DNA of 64,000 nucleotides from Longimicrobiales bacterium (GTDB taxonomy: Bacteria > Gemmatimonadota > Gemmatimonadetes > Longimicrobiales > RSA9): contig DATHRK010000103.1 in NCBI GenBank assembly GCA_035465395.1, positions 23,822 through 87,821 on the forward strand, given 5' to 3'. Below are positions 1-8,391 of the stretch, piece by piece. The notes under the pieces were generated by a model that made no database searches, was not told where the DNA came from, and saw only the letters and a program-made list of their open reading frames with translations. The translations under genes were made by a program, and so were the position numbers. Within the stretch, counting starts at the first letter, position 1. Every line of letters begins with the position of its first letter.

Positions 1-1771
1 GACCGCCATCGACTGGATCATCGTCGGCCTCTACATGGCGCTGACCCTCGGGATCGGCGTCTGGCTCGCGCGCCGCGCGTCGGGCAGCATGGAGGACTTC
101 TTCGTCGGCGGGCGGGCGCTGCCGTGGTGGCTGGCGGGCACGTCGATGGCGGCGACCACCTTCTCCATCGACACCCCGCTCTACATCTCGGGCGTCGTCG
201 GCAACCGGGGCATCGCGGGCAACTGGGAGTGGTGGAACTTCGCGATCGCCCACGTGATCCTGATCTACATCTTCGCGAAGATGTGGCGCCGCGCGGAGAT
301 CGTGACCGATAACGAGCTCACCGAGATCCGCTACGCCGGGAGGCCCGCGGCGGCGCTGCGCGCCACCAAGGGCTTCCTGTTCGCGATCGTCGTCGGGTCG
401 ATCGGCATCGGCTACGCGATGCTCGCCATGGTGAAGGTGATCGACGCCCTCGAGATCTTCCCGAGCCTCGGCCTCACGCCCGGCGACGACGCCAAGCTCT
501 GGGCGGTCATCGCGGTCAGCGTGCTGGTGCTCGCCTACGCGGGGATCTCCGGCCTGTGGGGCGTGGTCGCGACCGACTTCTTCCAGTTCTTCCTGGGCAT
601 GATCGGGGCGATCCTGGTCGCGGTGTTCGCCGTCGGCCACGTGGGCGGGCTGGACGACATGGTCCGGCTCGCGCAGCAGAACACCGACTTCGACGTGCTC
701 GCCTTCACGCCGCTCACGTTCGGCGAGGGCGGGTTCGTCGGCATCGGCTGGTCCGACGTGGCGCAGATCACGGGCTGGACCTTCCTCGCCTACATGGTGC
801 TGCAGTGGTGGGCGTTCCGGCGCTCGGACGGCGGCGGCGAGTTCATCCAGCGGCTCGCCGCGGCCAAGGACGAGCGCGACGCCGAGCGGGCGGCGTGGTT
901 CTTCAACATCCTGCACTACGTGGTGCGCACGTGGCCGTGGATCGTCGTGGCCGTCGTCGCGCTGGTCGTCTACCCCGAGCTGGAGGACCGCGAGCTGGGC
1001 TACCCCAAGCTCATGCTCGACTACCTGCCCGCCGGGCTGCTCGGGATCGTCGTGGCGTCGCTGCTCGCCGCGTTCATGAGCACCGTCAGCACGCTCATCA
1101 ACTGGAGCGCGAGCTACATCACCAACGACCTGTACGCGCGCTTCGCGCGGCCCGAGGCGGGCGAGAGGGAGCTCGTCACGTTCGCGCGCATCGCGTCGGT
1201 GCTGGTCACCGCTCTGGGCGCCACCGCCGCGTTCTTCGCGCAGGACGTGACCACCGTGTTCCGCCTGGTGATCGCGATCGGGACGGGGCCTGGCCTGGTG
1301 CTGATCCTGCGCTGGTTCTGGTGGCGCATCAACGCGTGGGCCGAGCTCGCCGCGATGGTCGCCGGCTTCCTGGTGGGGCTGACCACGTCCCTCTGGACGC
1401 CGCTGCAGATCCCCGACTTCGGCCAGCGCCTGTTCGTGACGTCGCTCGTGACGCTCGCGGTCTGGGTCCCGGTGATGTTCCTCACGGCCCCGGAGCCCGA
1501 CGAGAAGCTCGACGAGTTCTACCGGCGCGTGCGTCCGGGCGGGCCGGGCTGGCGGCGGCAGCGGGAACGGACCGGCCTGAGCCCGGCGCAGGACCTCGGG
1601 CGCGACATCCAACGCGTGATCGCCGCGCTCTTCGTGCTGTTCGGCCTCATGTTCGCGGTGGGCGGGCTCGTGATGCTGCGGCTGGAGCTGTTCGCGGGCA
1701 TGTCGATCATGGCGATCCTGGGCTGGGCGTGGCTCAGCCGGCTGCGGGGTCCGCGTCCGGCGGTCCAGTGA
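1..1771 (+). CDS. sodium:solute symporter family transporter (5' end probably outside the window)
   Basis: 578-aa multi-TM ORF with SSF-like N-terminus (FFVGGRALPWWLAGTSMAATTFSIDTPL). The reading frame stays open to position 2 upstream of the first ATG (TAIDWIIVGLY...). Confidence 0.85.
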   Translation, partial: TAIDWIIVGLYMALTLGIGVWLARRASGSMEDFFVGGRALPWWLAGTSMAATTFSIDTPLYISGVVGNRGIAGNWEWWNFAIAHVILIYIFAKMWRRAEIVTDNELTEIRYAGRPAAALRATKGFLFAIVVGSIGIGYAMLAMVKVIDALEIFPSLGLTPGDDAKLWAVIAVSVLVLAYAGISGLWGVVATDFFQFFLGMIGAILVAVFAVGHVGGLDDMVRLAQQNTDFDVLAFTPLTFGEGGFVGIGWSDVAQITGWTFLAYMVLQWWAFRRSDGGGEFIQRLAAAKDERDAERAAWFFNILHYVVRTWPWIVVAVVALVVYPELEDRELGYPKLMLDYLPAGLLGIVVASLLAAFMSTVSTLINWSASYITNDLYARFARPEAGERELVTFARIASVLVTALGATAAFFAQDVTTVFRLVIAIGTGPGLVLILRWFWWRINAWAELAAMVAGFLVGLTTSLWTPLQIPDFGQRLFVTSLVTLAVWVPVMFLTAPEPDEKLDEFYRRVRPGGPGWRRQRERTGLSPAQDLGRDIQRVIAALFVLFGLMFAVGGLVMLRLELFAGMSIMAILGWAWLSRLRGPRPAVQ

Positions 1772-2646
1772 CGGAGTTCCTTCGAGGCGTCGCGGCCCGC
1801 CTGGCCGAGGCGTTCGATCCGCAGTCCCTCGCCGCGGCCGTCGCCGGCTTCGCCGCGAACCTCGTCGTCGCCGTCGTCATCTTCCTGGCCTTCTACCTGG
1901 TCTGGAAGCTCGTGGCCAGGGTCGCCGTCCGCGTCATGGCCCGCGCGGGGACCGACCGGACCACCGTGCGCTTCGTCGAGTCCGCGCTGCAGCTCTCGAT
2001 CCTCACCATCGGGCTCGTACAAGCGCTGTCGGCCCTGGGGATCAACACGACCGCGCTGCTCACGAGCCTCGGGATCGTCGGCCTCACCATCGGCTTCGCG
2101 GCGCGCGACGCGCTCTCGAACCTGATCTCGGGCCTGCTGATCTTCTGGGACAGGCCGTTCGTGATCGGCGACCTGGTGGAGGTCGACGACGACTACGGGC
2201 GGGTGCAGAACATCACGCTCCGCTCGACCCGCATCGTCACCGTCGACGGCAAGATGCTCGCGGTCCCCAACTCCCACATCGTGAACTCGACCGTGACGTC
2301 GTACACGAACTTCCCGCACCTCCGCCTCGACGTCGCCGTCACGGTCGCGCCCGCCGAGGACATCGACCGGGTCCGCCGTTTGCTGCTGGAGCTCGTGACC
2401 GAGGAGGCGGGCTTCATGGAGAAGCCCCCTCCGCGCGTCGTGGTGACGCAACTGAACGACTACAACGTCGAGGTGCAGCTGCAGGCCTGGATCCGCAACG
2501 AGCGCGACCACGTGGAGATGCGCTTCGAGCTGCGCGAGCGGGTCTTCGAGACGCTGAGGGACGCGGGGATCGACATGCCGAGCGAAACGATCCGCCTCGA
2601 GGCGGTGGAGCTGAAGGGGTCGCTGACGCCGCCGGGGGCGCAGTGA
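1768..2646 (+). CDS. mechanosensitive ion channel (MscS family)
   Basis: GTG at 1768 overlaps the upstream stop (GTGA). It has TM helices followed by the MscS beta-domain motif (LIFWDRPFVIGDLVEVDDDYGRVQNITLRSTRIVTVDGKMLAVPNS). The 5' part of track ORF 556..2646 is an off-frame artefact. Confidence 0.85.
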   Translation: MTEFLRGVAARLAEAFDPQSLAAAVAGFAANLVVAVVIFLAFYLVWKLVARVAVRVMARAGTDRTTVRFVESALQLSILTIGLVQALSALGINTTALLTSLGIVGLTIGFAARDALSNLISGLLIFWDRPFVIGDLVEVDDDYGRVQNITLRSTRIVTVDGKMLAVPNSHIVNSTVTSYTNFPHLRLDVAVTVAPAEDIDRVRRLLLELVTEEAGFMEKPPPRVVVTQLNDYNVEVQLQAWIRNERDHVEMRFELRERVFETLRDAGIDMPSETIRLEAVELKGSLTPPGAQ

Positions 2647-4748
2647 CCGTCCGCGGCCCGGTGACCGTCCGCGGCCCCGTGACGGTGCGCGGCGCGGCGC
2701 TCCGACCGCTGCTGGCGGCGCTGGCGGTCGCGTGCGGGTCGGCCCCCACCGCCCCCGCGCCGCCGACGCCGGACCCGGTGCCGACGGCCCCGCCGGGAGC
2801 GCCCTTGAGGGGCACGCTGCCGCCCGTACGGCCGCCCGTGCTGGGCGGGCCGGAGCCGATCGAGGTCCGCTACCCGCCGCGCGGCGCCACGGTGACCACC
2901 GACTCCACGTTCGTGTTCGGGGCGCTCCGCGATCCTTCGGGCGCGTTCTCGATCAACGGCGTGCCGGTGTCGGTCGAGGCCAACGGGGCCTTTCTGGCCT
3001 ACCTCGCGGTGCCGGCGGACGGGCTGTACCGGTTCCGCGCGGAGACGGCCGGCGCGGGCGCCCCCGTCGAGCTGGAGTGGCCCATCAACGGCGCGCGCGC
3101 GCCGGGCGACCCGCCCCGGCCGGCCGACGCCCCCTCCGGCGCCGTCGTGACCGACGTCTCGCCGGCCGGCTACACCCTGGCGCTCGCGGGCGAGCCGGTC
3201 ACGTTCTCCGCGCGCGCGCCGTCGGGCGCCGAGCTGTGGCTGGTGCTCCCGGACGGCCGCCGCCAGCCCATGGCCGAAGTCTCGGCGGCGACCGGCAGCG
3301 CCGGCTTCGGCGAGGGCACGGCGCGCGCGCGCACCACGCGCTACGAGGCGACGGTGGAGCTCCGCACGGCCATCGCGGCGCCGCGCCGCGCCGACGCCGC
3401 CGGCAGGGCCCTGGAGGCCGGCGCGCCCCCCTTCGTCCACGCCGGCGGGGCGGGCATGCCGGGGGCCGACTACGCATCCGGTCCGGCGTTCATCCGGGCG
3501 GTGGTGGCGGGCGACACGTCGGCGGTCCCCCTGCCGCCGCTGGACCTGCTCGCGCTAGGCTACTCCTACGCGGTGGAGGTCCGCACCGCGCGCCCCGACT
3601 CCACGGCGATCGGCCGCGCGACGCTGCCCCCGGGCACGCCCTACCACTGGTTCCTGCCCAACGGCACCCGCGCGCGCGTCACGGGCCTGCAGGCGGGCCT
3701 CGCGCGGCTGCGCCTGACCGACGACCTGTCGATCTGGGTGCCGGCCGAGGACGTCGTGGGTGTCGCGCACGAGGAGGGCGTGCTGCGCAGCCGCGGCAGC
3801 CCCGGCGACCGCTACCCCAGCGCGGTGCCCCTGCCGGACCCCGGGCCCGGCCAGGCGCTGGGCGCGGCGTACGCCGTGCGGGCCGAGCCTCGCGAGGGCT
3901 GGGTCGACGTCCGCGTCGGGCTGTCCGAGCGCCTCCCGTTCCGCGTCGACGCCCGCGACGACGGCCTCGACATCACCGTCTACGGCGCCCGCACGAGGAC
4001 CAACTGGGCCTACCAGGGCCCCGGCGACCCCGACGTGCGGCGCGTCTGGTGGGAGCAGCCCGACGACGAGCGCTACGTCGTCCGGGTCGACACCGAAGGC
4101 ACGCCGTGGGGCTGGGACGCGCGCTGGGAGGACGACGCCACGCTCGCGGTCCGCGTCCGGCGTCCGCCGGCGCTGGACCCGGCGGAACCGCTGCGGGGCC
4201 TCTACGTCGCCGTGGACGCGGGCCACGCCGACGACACGGGAGCGATCGGCCCCACCGGCCTCATGGAGGGGCAGGCGAACCGGTGGATCGCGGAGCGCCT
4301 CGTCGCGCAGCTCCGCGAGCGCGGCGCCCGGGTGCTGGAGACCCGCCCCGGTCCCGAAGACGTCTCCCTGGGGGCGCGTCCGCTGATGGCCGCCGACTCC
4401 GGCGTGCACGTCCTCGTCTCGGTGCACAACAACGCGTTCGGCGACGGGGTCAACCCGTTCGAGAGCGCCGGCACGAGCGTGCTCTTCAACACGTGGCGAT
4501 CGCTCGGTCTGGCCCGCGCGCTCCAGCGCGAGCTGGTCGCGGAGCTCGGCCTTCGCGACCTCGGGCCGATCTGGGGCGACCTCGCGCTCGCGCGGCCGAC
4601 CTGGATGCCGTCGGTCCTCACCGAGACGATGTTCCTCATGGTGCCGGCGCAGGAGGCCGCGCTGCGGGACCCGGAGGTCCACGAGCGCGTGGCCGCCGCG
4701 CACGTGCGCGGGATCGAGGCGTTTCTGCGGGAGCGGCTGGGGCGCTGA
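2643..4748 (+). CDS. N-acetylmuramoyl-L-alanine amidase (Amidase_3) with a ~450-aa N-terminal extension; lipoprotein-like signal
   Basis: The C-terminal domain has Amidase_3 motifs (VAVDAGHADDTGAIGP..., VSVHNNAF, PSVLTETMFL). The N-terminus carries LAALAVAC. The start is ambiguous among GTGs at 2643, 2661 and 2679, inside an 18-bp tandem repeat. Confidence 0.8.
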   Translation: MTVRGPVTVRGPVTVRGAALRPLLAALAVACGSAPTAPAPPTPDPVPTAPPGAPLRGTLPPVRPPVLGGPEPIEVRYPPRGATVTTDSTFVFGALRDPSGAFSINGVPVSVEANGAFLAYLAVPADGLYRFRAETAGAGAPVELEWPINGARAPGDPPRPADAPSGAVVTDVSPAGYTLALAGEPVTFSARAPSGAELWLVLPDGRRQPMAEVSAATGSAGFGEGTARARTTRYEATVELRTAIAAPRRADAAGRALEAGAPPFVHAGGAGMPGADYASGPAFIRAVVAGDTSAVPLPPLDLLALGYSYAVEVRTARPDSTAIGRATLPPGTPYHWFLPNGTRARVTGLQAGLARLRLTDDLSIWVPAEDVVGVAHEEGVLRSRGSPGDRYPSAVPLPDPGPGQALGAAYAVRAEPREGWVDVRVGLSERLPFRVDARDDGLDITVYGARTRTNWAYQGPGDPDVRRVWWEQPDDERYVVRVDTEGTPWGWDARWEDDATLAVRVRRPPALDPAEPLRGLYVAVDAGHADDTGAIGPTGLMEGQANRWIAERLVAQLRERGARVLETRPGPEDVSLGARPLMAADSGVHVLVSVHNNAFGDGVNPFESAGTSVLFNTWRSLGLARALQRELVAELGLRDLGPIWGDLALARPTWMPSVLTETMFLMVPAQEAALRDPEVHERVAAAHVRGIEAFLRERLGR

Positions 4749-4849
4749 GGAACCGCGGCACCGGACCTTGCGTGCGGACCGGGGCCGCTCCTGTGCGGAC
4801 CTTCCGCCGGCCATCGGCCCGTAGGAAACGATCTTGCAGCACAGCCTGT

Positions 4850-4880
4850 CCGCGCGGGCGGGTTCCCGCGCGGTTTTCCT
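4850..4880 (+). terminator. intrinsic terminator-like hairpin after the amidase gene
   Basis: CCGCGCGGG (4850-4858), a 6-nt loop, then CCCGCGCGG (4865-4873), followed by TTTTCCT. Confidence 0.5.
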
Positions 4881-4932
4881 CGATCCTCCGGCGACCGCCC
4901 AGCGCGCGTCCCGGCGGGAAGGAGCATGACCG

Positions 4933-5142
4933 ATGGGAGGCAAGCGACCCGACCAGTACCGCCTCGACGCCGACGAGGCGGGGGCGACCGACTACAAGTT
5001 CCGGCCCGATACCGCCAACGAGGCGGAGCTCAGCCAGGAAGAGGCCCAGCAGCCGCTCTACGACCGCATCATGAAGGGCGAGGCGCAGCCCGGGCCCGAG
5101 GCCCGCGAGTCGGACGACGACGAGGGCGCCGGCGACGCCTGA
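4933..5142 (+). CDS. small acidic hypothetical protein (69 aa)
   Basis: GGAAGGAG RBS about 9 nt upstream of the ATG. GC3-rich codons and a non-artefactual composition (D/E/K/Y). No family recognised. Confidence 0.5.
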   Translation: MGGKRPDQYRLDADEAGATDYKFRPDTANEAELSQEEAQQPLYDRIMKGEAQPGPEARESDDDEGAGDA

Positions 5143-5291
5143 ACGCGGCGCGGTTCGGCTGAGGTCGTGCCCGGCCCCGACCTTCGCCGCCGCGGTTGTG
5201 GACTCCGCGGCAAAACTTCCTGTGGAAAGCGTGGATAAGCCGCTCATTTCGGCGTGGTTCCGCCGCGTCTTCGTGTGGACAATTTTTCCCC

Positions 5292-5343
5292 TTGACCACA
5301 AGATACAGGGGCCTTATCGTGCAAGGCCCACAAGATATGGGGT
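5292..5343 (+). promoter_or_regulatory. nrdJ promoter (TTGACC-N17-TATCGT) overlapped by two tandem NrdR-box-like operators
   Basis: -35 TTGACC at 5292-5297 and -10 TATCGT at 5315-5320. Boxes CCACAAGATACAGGGG (5296-5311) and CCACAAGATATGGGGT (5328-5343) lie 32 bp apart. They match the NrdR consensus acaCwAtATaTwGtgt at 11/16 and 12/16 positions. Confidence 0.6.
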
Positions 5344-5459
5344 GCGACGGCGCAGGAGCTGACCGGGGGGCGGTGCCTGCCCTCCTGCGCCGCCCAGCGC
5401 GTGACAAGCACGCGCCGACATCGTACAAAACACGGACCCAGGCCGAGTCGAGGAGCCCT

Positions 5460-7982
5460 ATGCCCGACGTCGTATCGCCCGCCGAGACCCTTCCCGAGGA
5501 TCTCGGTCCCGCCGAGATGTCGGAGAACGCGCGCATCGTTCTCGCTCGGCGCTACCTCAAGAAGAACGAAGCGGGCGAGCCGGCCGAGGACCCCGAGACC
5601 ATGTTCTGGCGGGTCGCCAGGACGATCGCCGAGGAGGACCGCAAGTACGGCGCGAGCGAGGGCGCGGTGGACCAGATCGCGCGCGAGTTCTACCGGCTGA
5701 TGACCACGCGCCTGTTCGAGCCCAATTCCCCCACGCTCATGAACGCCGGCCGCCCCCTGGGCCAGCTCTCGGCGTGCTTCGTTCTGCCCGTGGAGGACGC
5801 GCTCTCGAACGGCCGCGACGGCATCTACGACACGCTCCGCGCGATGGCGCTGGTTCACCAGTCGGGCGGAGGCACCGGCTTCGGCTTCAGCCGTCTGCGC
5901 CCCAGCAACGACATCGTGCGCTCCACGATGGGCGTCGCCAGCGGCCCGGTGTCGTTCATGAGCCTCTACGACCAGTCGACGGAGGTGGTGAAGCAGGGCG
6001 GCACCCGCCGGGGCGCCAACATGGGCATTCTGCGGGTCGATCACCCGGACATCCGCGGCTTCATCACCTGCAAGAGCGACGTCACCAAGATCACCAACTT
6101 CAACATCTCGGTGGCGGTGACCGACGCGTTCATGGAGGCGCTCAAGGACGACGAGGACTACGACCTGATCAGCCCGCGCTCGGGCGAGGTCGTCGGCACC
6201 GAGAACGCGCGCGAGATCTTCGACATGATCGTCGAGGGCGCGTGGTCGACGGGCGAGCCAGGGGTGTTCTTCATCGACCAGGCGAATCTCCACAACCCGG
6301 TGCCGCACCTGGGCAGCTACGAGGCGACCAATCCGTGCGGCGAACAGCCATTGCTGCCGTACGACGTCTGCAACCTCGGGTCGATCAACGTCGGCGCGTT
6401 CGCGCTGACCGACACCCCGGCGGACGCACCCGTCAAGGAGCGGATCGACTGGGACGGCCTGAAGCGCGTGGTGCACATGTCCACGCACTTCCTCGACAAC
6501 GTCATCGACGCGAACAACTACCCCCTGCCCGAGATCACCGATCTGGCGCGCCGCATCCGCCGGATCGGCCTGGGCGTGATGGGCTGGGCCGACCTGCTCG
6601 TGCGCGTGGGCGTGCCCTACGACAGCGATGACGCGGTAGCGCTGGCCCGGCGGGTCATGGCGTTCATCGACGAGGAGGCGCGCAACGCCTCGGAAAAGCT
6701 CGCCGAGACCCGCGGCACGTTCCCCGAGTGGGAGGAGAGCATCTGGGGCCCGGATGGGACCTGCGCCCGGCACCCGAACGGCGGCCGCCTGCGGCCGATG
6801 CGGAAGCTGAGGAATTGCAACCTCACCACCGTCGCGCCCACGGGCACGATCTCGATCCTCGCCGATTGCTCCGGCGGCATCGAGCCGCTCTTCGCGGTCG
6901 CCTTCATGCGCAACCAGGCGGGCGTGCTGATGCCGGACGTGAACAAGGACTTCGTGCGCATCGCGCAGCGCGAGGGCTGGCACTCCGAGGACCTGATGCG
7001 CCGCATCGCCGAGGAGGGCCACATCCACTTCGACGAGGTGCCCGAGGAGGTCCAGCGCGTCTTCGTCACCGCGCACGACGTGACGCCGGAGTGGCACATC
7101 CGGATGCAGGCGGCCTTCCAGAAGCACACCGACTCGGCGATCTCGAAGACCTGCAACTTCTCCGAGGAGGCGACCCGGGACGAGGTCCGCGAGATCTACC
7201 TGAAGGCCTACGAGCTGGGCTGCAAGGGCGTGACGGTCTACCGCGACGGCTCGCGGCCGATGCAGGTCCTGTCGACCGGCAAGACCGCCAAGGAGGTCGG
7301 CGGGTCCGCCGACGCGGGCGACGCGGACCGCAACGCGCTCCTCCAGGAACTGGCCGACGCGCGCGAGCGGATCCACCAGCTCGAGAACGAGCGGGAGTCG
7401 ATCGAGCACGACCTGTCCGAGGAGCAGGCCCGCAGCCAGAAGCGGCTTCTGAAGCGTACGCGCCCGGCGGCCCTGCGCGGCATCACGCGCAAGATGATCA
7501 GCCCGCTGGGCGACATCTACGTCACGATCAACGAGGACGAGACGGGCAAGCCGTTCGAGCTGTTCGCGACGCTCGGCAAGGCCGGCGGTGCCGCGATGGC
7601 GGACGTGGAGGCCGTGGGTCGTCTGATCTCGCTCGCGCTGCGCAGCGGCATCGCGCTGACCGAGGTGCACCAGCAGCTGCGCGGCATCTCCTGCGACCGG
7701 GCGGTCGGGTTCGGCCCCAACAAGGTGCTGTCGGTCCCCGACGCCATCGCGCAGGCGATCGAGCTGTACCAGGAGGAGCGGGCCGGCGTCCAGCAGGAGC
7801 TGCCGATCAACCAGACGGTCACCACCGGCGCCCAGTCGGCGGCGTCGCAGGCCCAGGTGGATCTCGGCGCCTACGACCCCGGCGAGACGTTCATCGGCAC
7901 GTGTCCGGATTGCGCTTCGGAGCTGTTGTTCGCGGAGGGGTGTGTGAAGTGCATGGTTTGCGGTTACAGCGAATGCGGGTAG
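5460..7982 (+). CDS. nrdJ: adenosylcobalamin-dependent ribonucleotide reductase (class II)
   Basis: Strong class II RNR similarity (NSPTLMNAGR, ATNPCGEQPL, TVAPTGTISI, KTCNF, VTVYRDGSR). C-terminal CxxC...CxxC zinc-ribbon tail. Start taken at ATG 5460 (MPDVVSPAE); the upstream part of the track ORF is leader sequence. Confidence 0.9.
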   Translation: MPDVVSPAETLPEDLGPAEMSENARIVLARRYLKKNEAGEPAEDPETMFWRVARTIAEEDRKYGASEGAVDQIAREFYRLMTTRLFEPNSPTLMNAGRPLGQLSACFVLPVEDALSNGRDGIYDTLRAMALVHQSGGGTGFGFSRLRPSNDIVRSTMGVASGPVSFMSLYDQSTEVVKQGGTRRGANMGILRVDHPDIRGFITCKSDVTKITNFNISVAVTDAFMEALKDDEDYDLISPRSGEVVGTENAREIFDMIVEGAWSTGEPGVFFIDQANLHNPVPHLGSYEATNPCGEQPLLPYDVCNLGSINVGAFALTDTPADAPVKERIDWDGLKRVVHMSTHFLDNVIDANNYPLPEITDLARRIRRIGLGVMGWADLLVRVGVPYDSDDAVALARRVMAFIDEEARNASEKLAETRGTFPEWEESIWGPDGTCARHPNGGRLRPMRKLRNCNLTTVAPTGTISILADCSGGIEPLFAVAFMRNQAGVLMPDVNKDFVRIAQREGWHSEDLMRRIAEEGHIHFDEVPEEVQRVFVTAHDVTPEWHIRMQAAFQKHTDSAISKTCNFSEEATRDEVREIYLKAYELGCKGVTVYRDGSRPMQVLSTGKTAKEVGGSADAGDADRNALLQELADARERIHQLENERESIEHDLSEEQARSQKRLLKRTRPAALRGITRKMISPLGDIYVTINEDETGKPFELFATLGKAGGAAMADVEAVGRLISLALRSGIALTEVHQQLRGISCDRAVGFGPNKVLSVPDAIAQAIELYQEERAGVQQELPINQTVTTGAQSAASQAQVDLGAYDPGETFIGTCPDCASELLFAEGCVKCMVCGYSECG

Positions 7983-7990
7983 GGGTGCGC

Positions 7991-8066
7991 GCGGCTGGCG
8001 CCGTGTGCGCCCTCGCGCCGTTCCGCAAACTCAGTCACTTGCGAGGGCGCACACAGCGCCAGCCGC
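7991..8066. repeat. 26-bp near-perfect inverted repeat (25/26 pairs) with a 24-nt loop; terminator- or REP-like hairpin
   Basis: GCGGCTGGCGCCGTGTGCGCCCTCGC (7991-8016) pairs with GCGAGGGCGCACACAGCGCCAGCCGC (8041-8066). It starts 9 nt after the nrdJ stop and has no U-tract. Confidence 0.7.
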
Positions 8067-8391
8067 CCACACGGTACCGCGGCAGTCGTGTGTTGAGGGC
8101 CCAGTGGGGCTGATGGCGTCGCGCTACCGCCTCCGTGGGGATCGCGCGGCGAACGAGATGGGGTTGATGGGCTGAACTGACTATTCCGGGCGGCCCCGAT
8201 CCGGGGAGAGTGCAGGGTTCAACCGCACTTTGGGGCGGATGGGACGAAGCACGAGGGGTCGTCCGGATTCTTCTTAGGGGTGGGGTGGGGAGGGGAGGCG
8301 TGGCCGGGGAACCGGTCGCGAACGGGCCGGTCCGGGCTTTGCCCGGGCCGGTTCCGTGCGTTCTATCGGGGAGTCTCGGCCCCCCTCCACC

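Noticed and set aside
5344-5459. Cobalamin riboswitch in the nrdJ leader.
   Set aside because: I could not find a B12-box-like core or the expected conserved helices. The NrdR boxes explain regulation more simply. A covariance-model scan (Rfam RF00174) would settle it.
5244-7670. Very long antisense or alternative-frame ORFs. Examples: 5244..7670 (-), 556..1767 (+), 8356..10020 (+), 10358..12355 (+), 27026..29251 (-), 46880..48799 (-), 53228..55018 (-).
   Set aside because: They are Arg/Ala/Gly/Pro-rich translations typical of off-frame reading in high-GC DNA. Each is fully overlapped by a gene with clear family motifs on the other frame or strand. None shows a recognisable domain.
8104-8390. 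Possible tmRNA, because the stretch begins GGGGCTGA and smpB is in the window.
   Set aside because: There is no tRNA-like 3' end (no T-arm followed by an acceptor strand complementary to the 5' end, and no CCA context). There is no plausible tag-peptide reading frame. The region is also shorter than a tmRNA.
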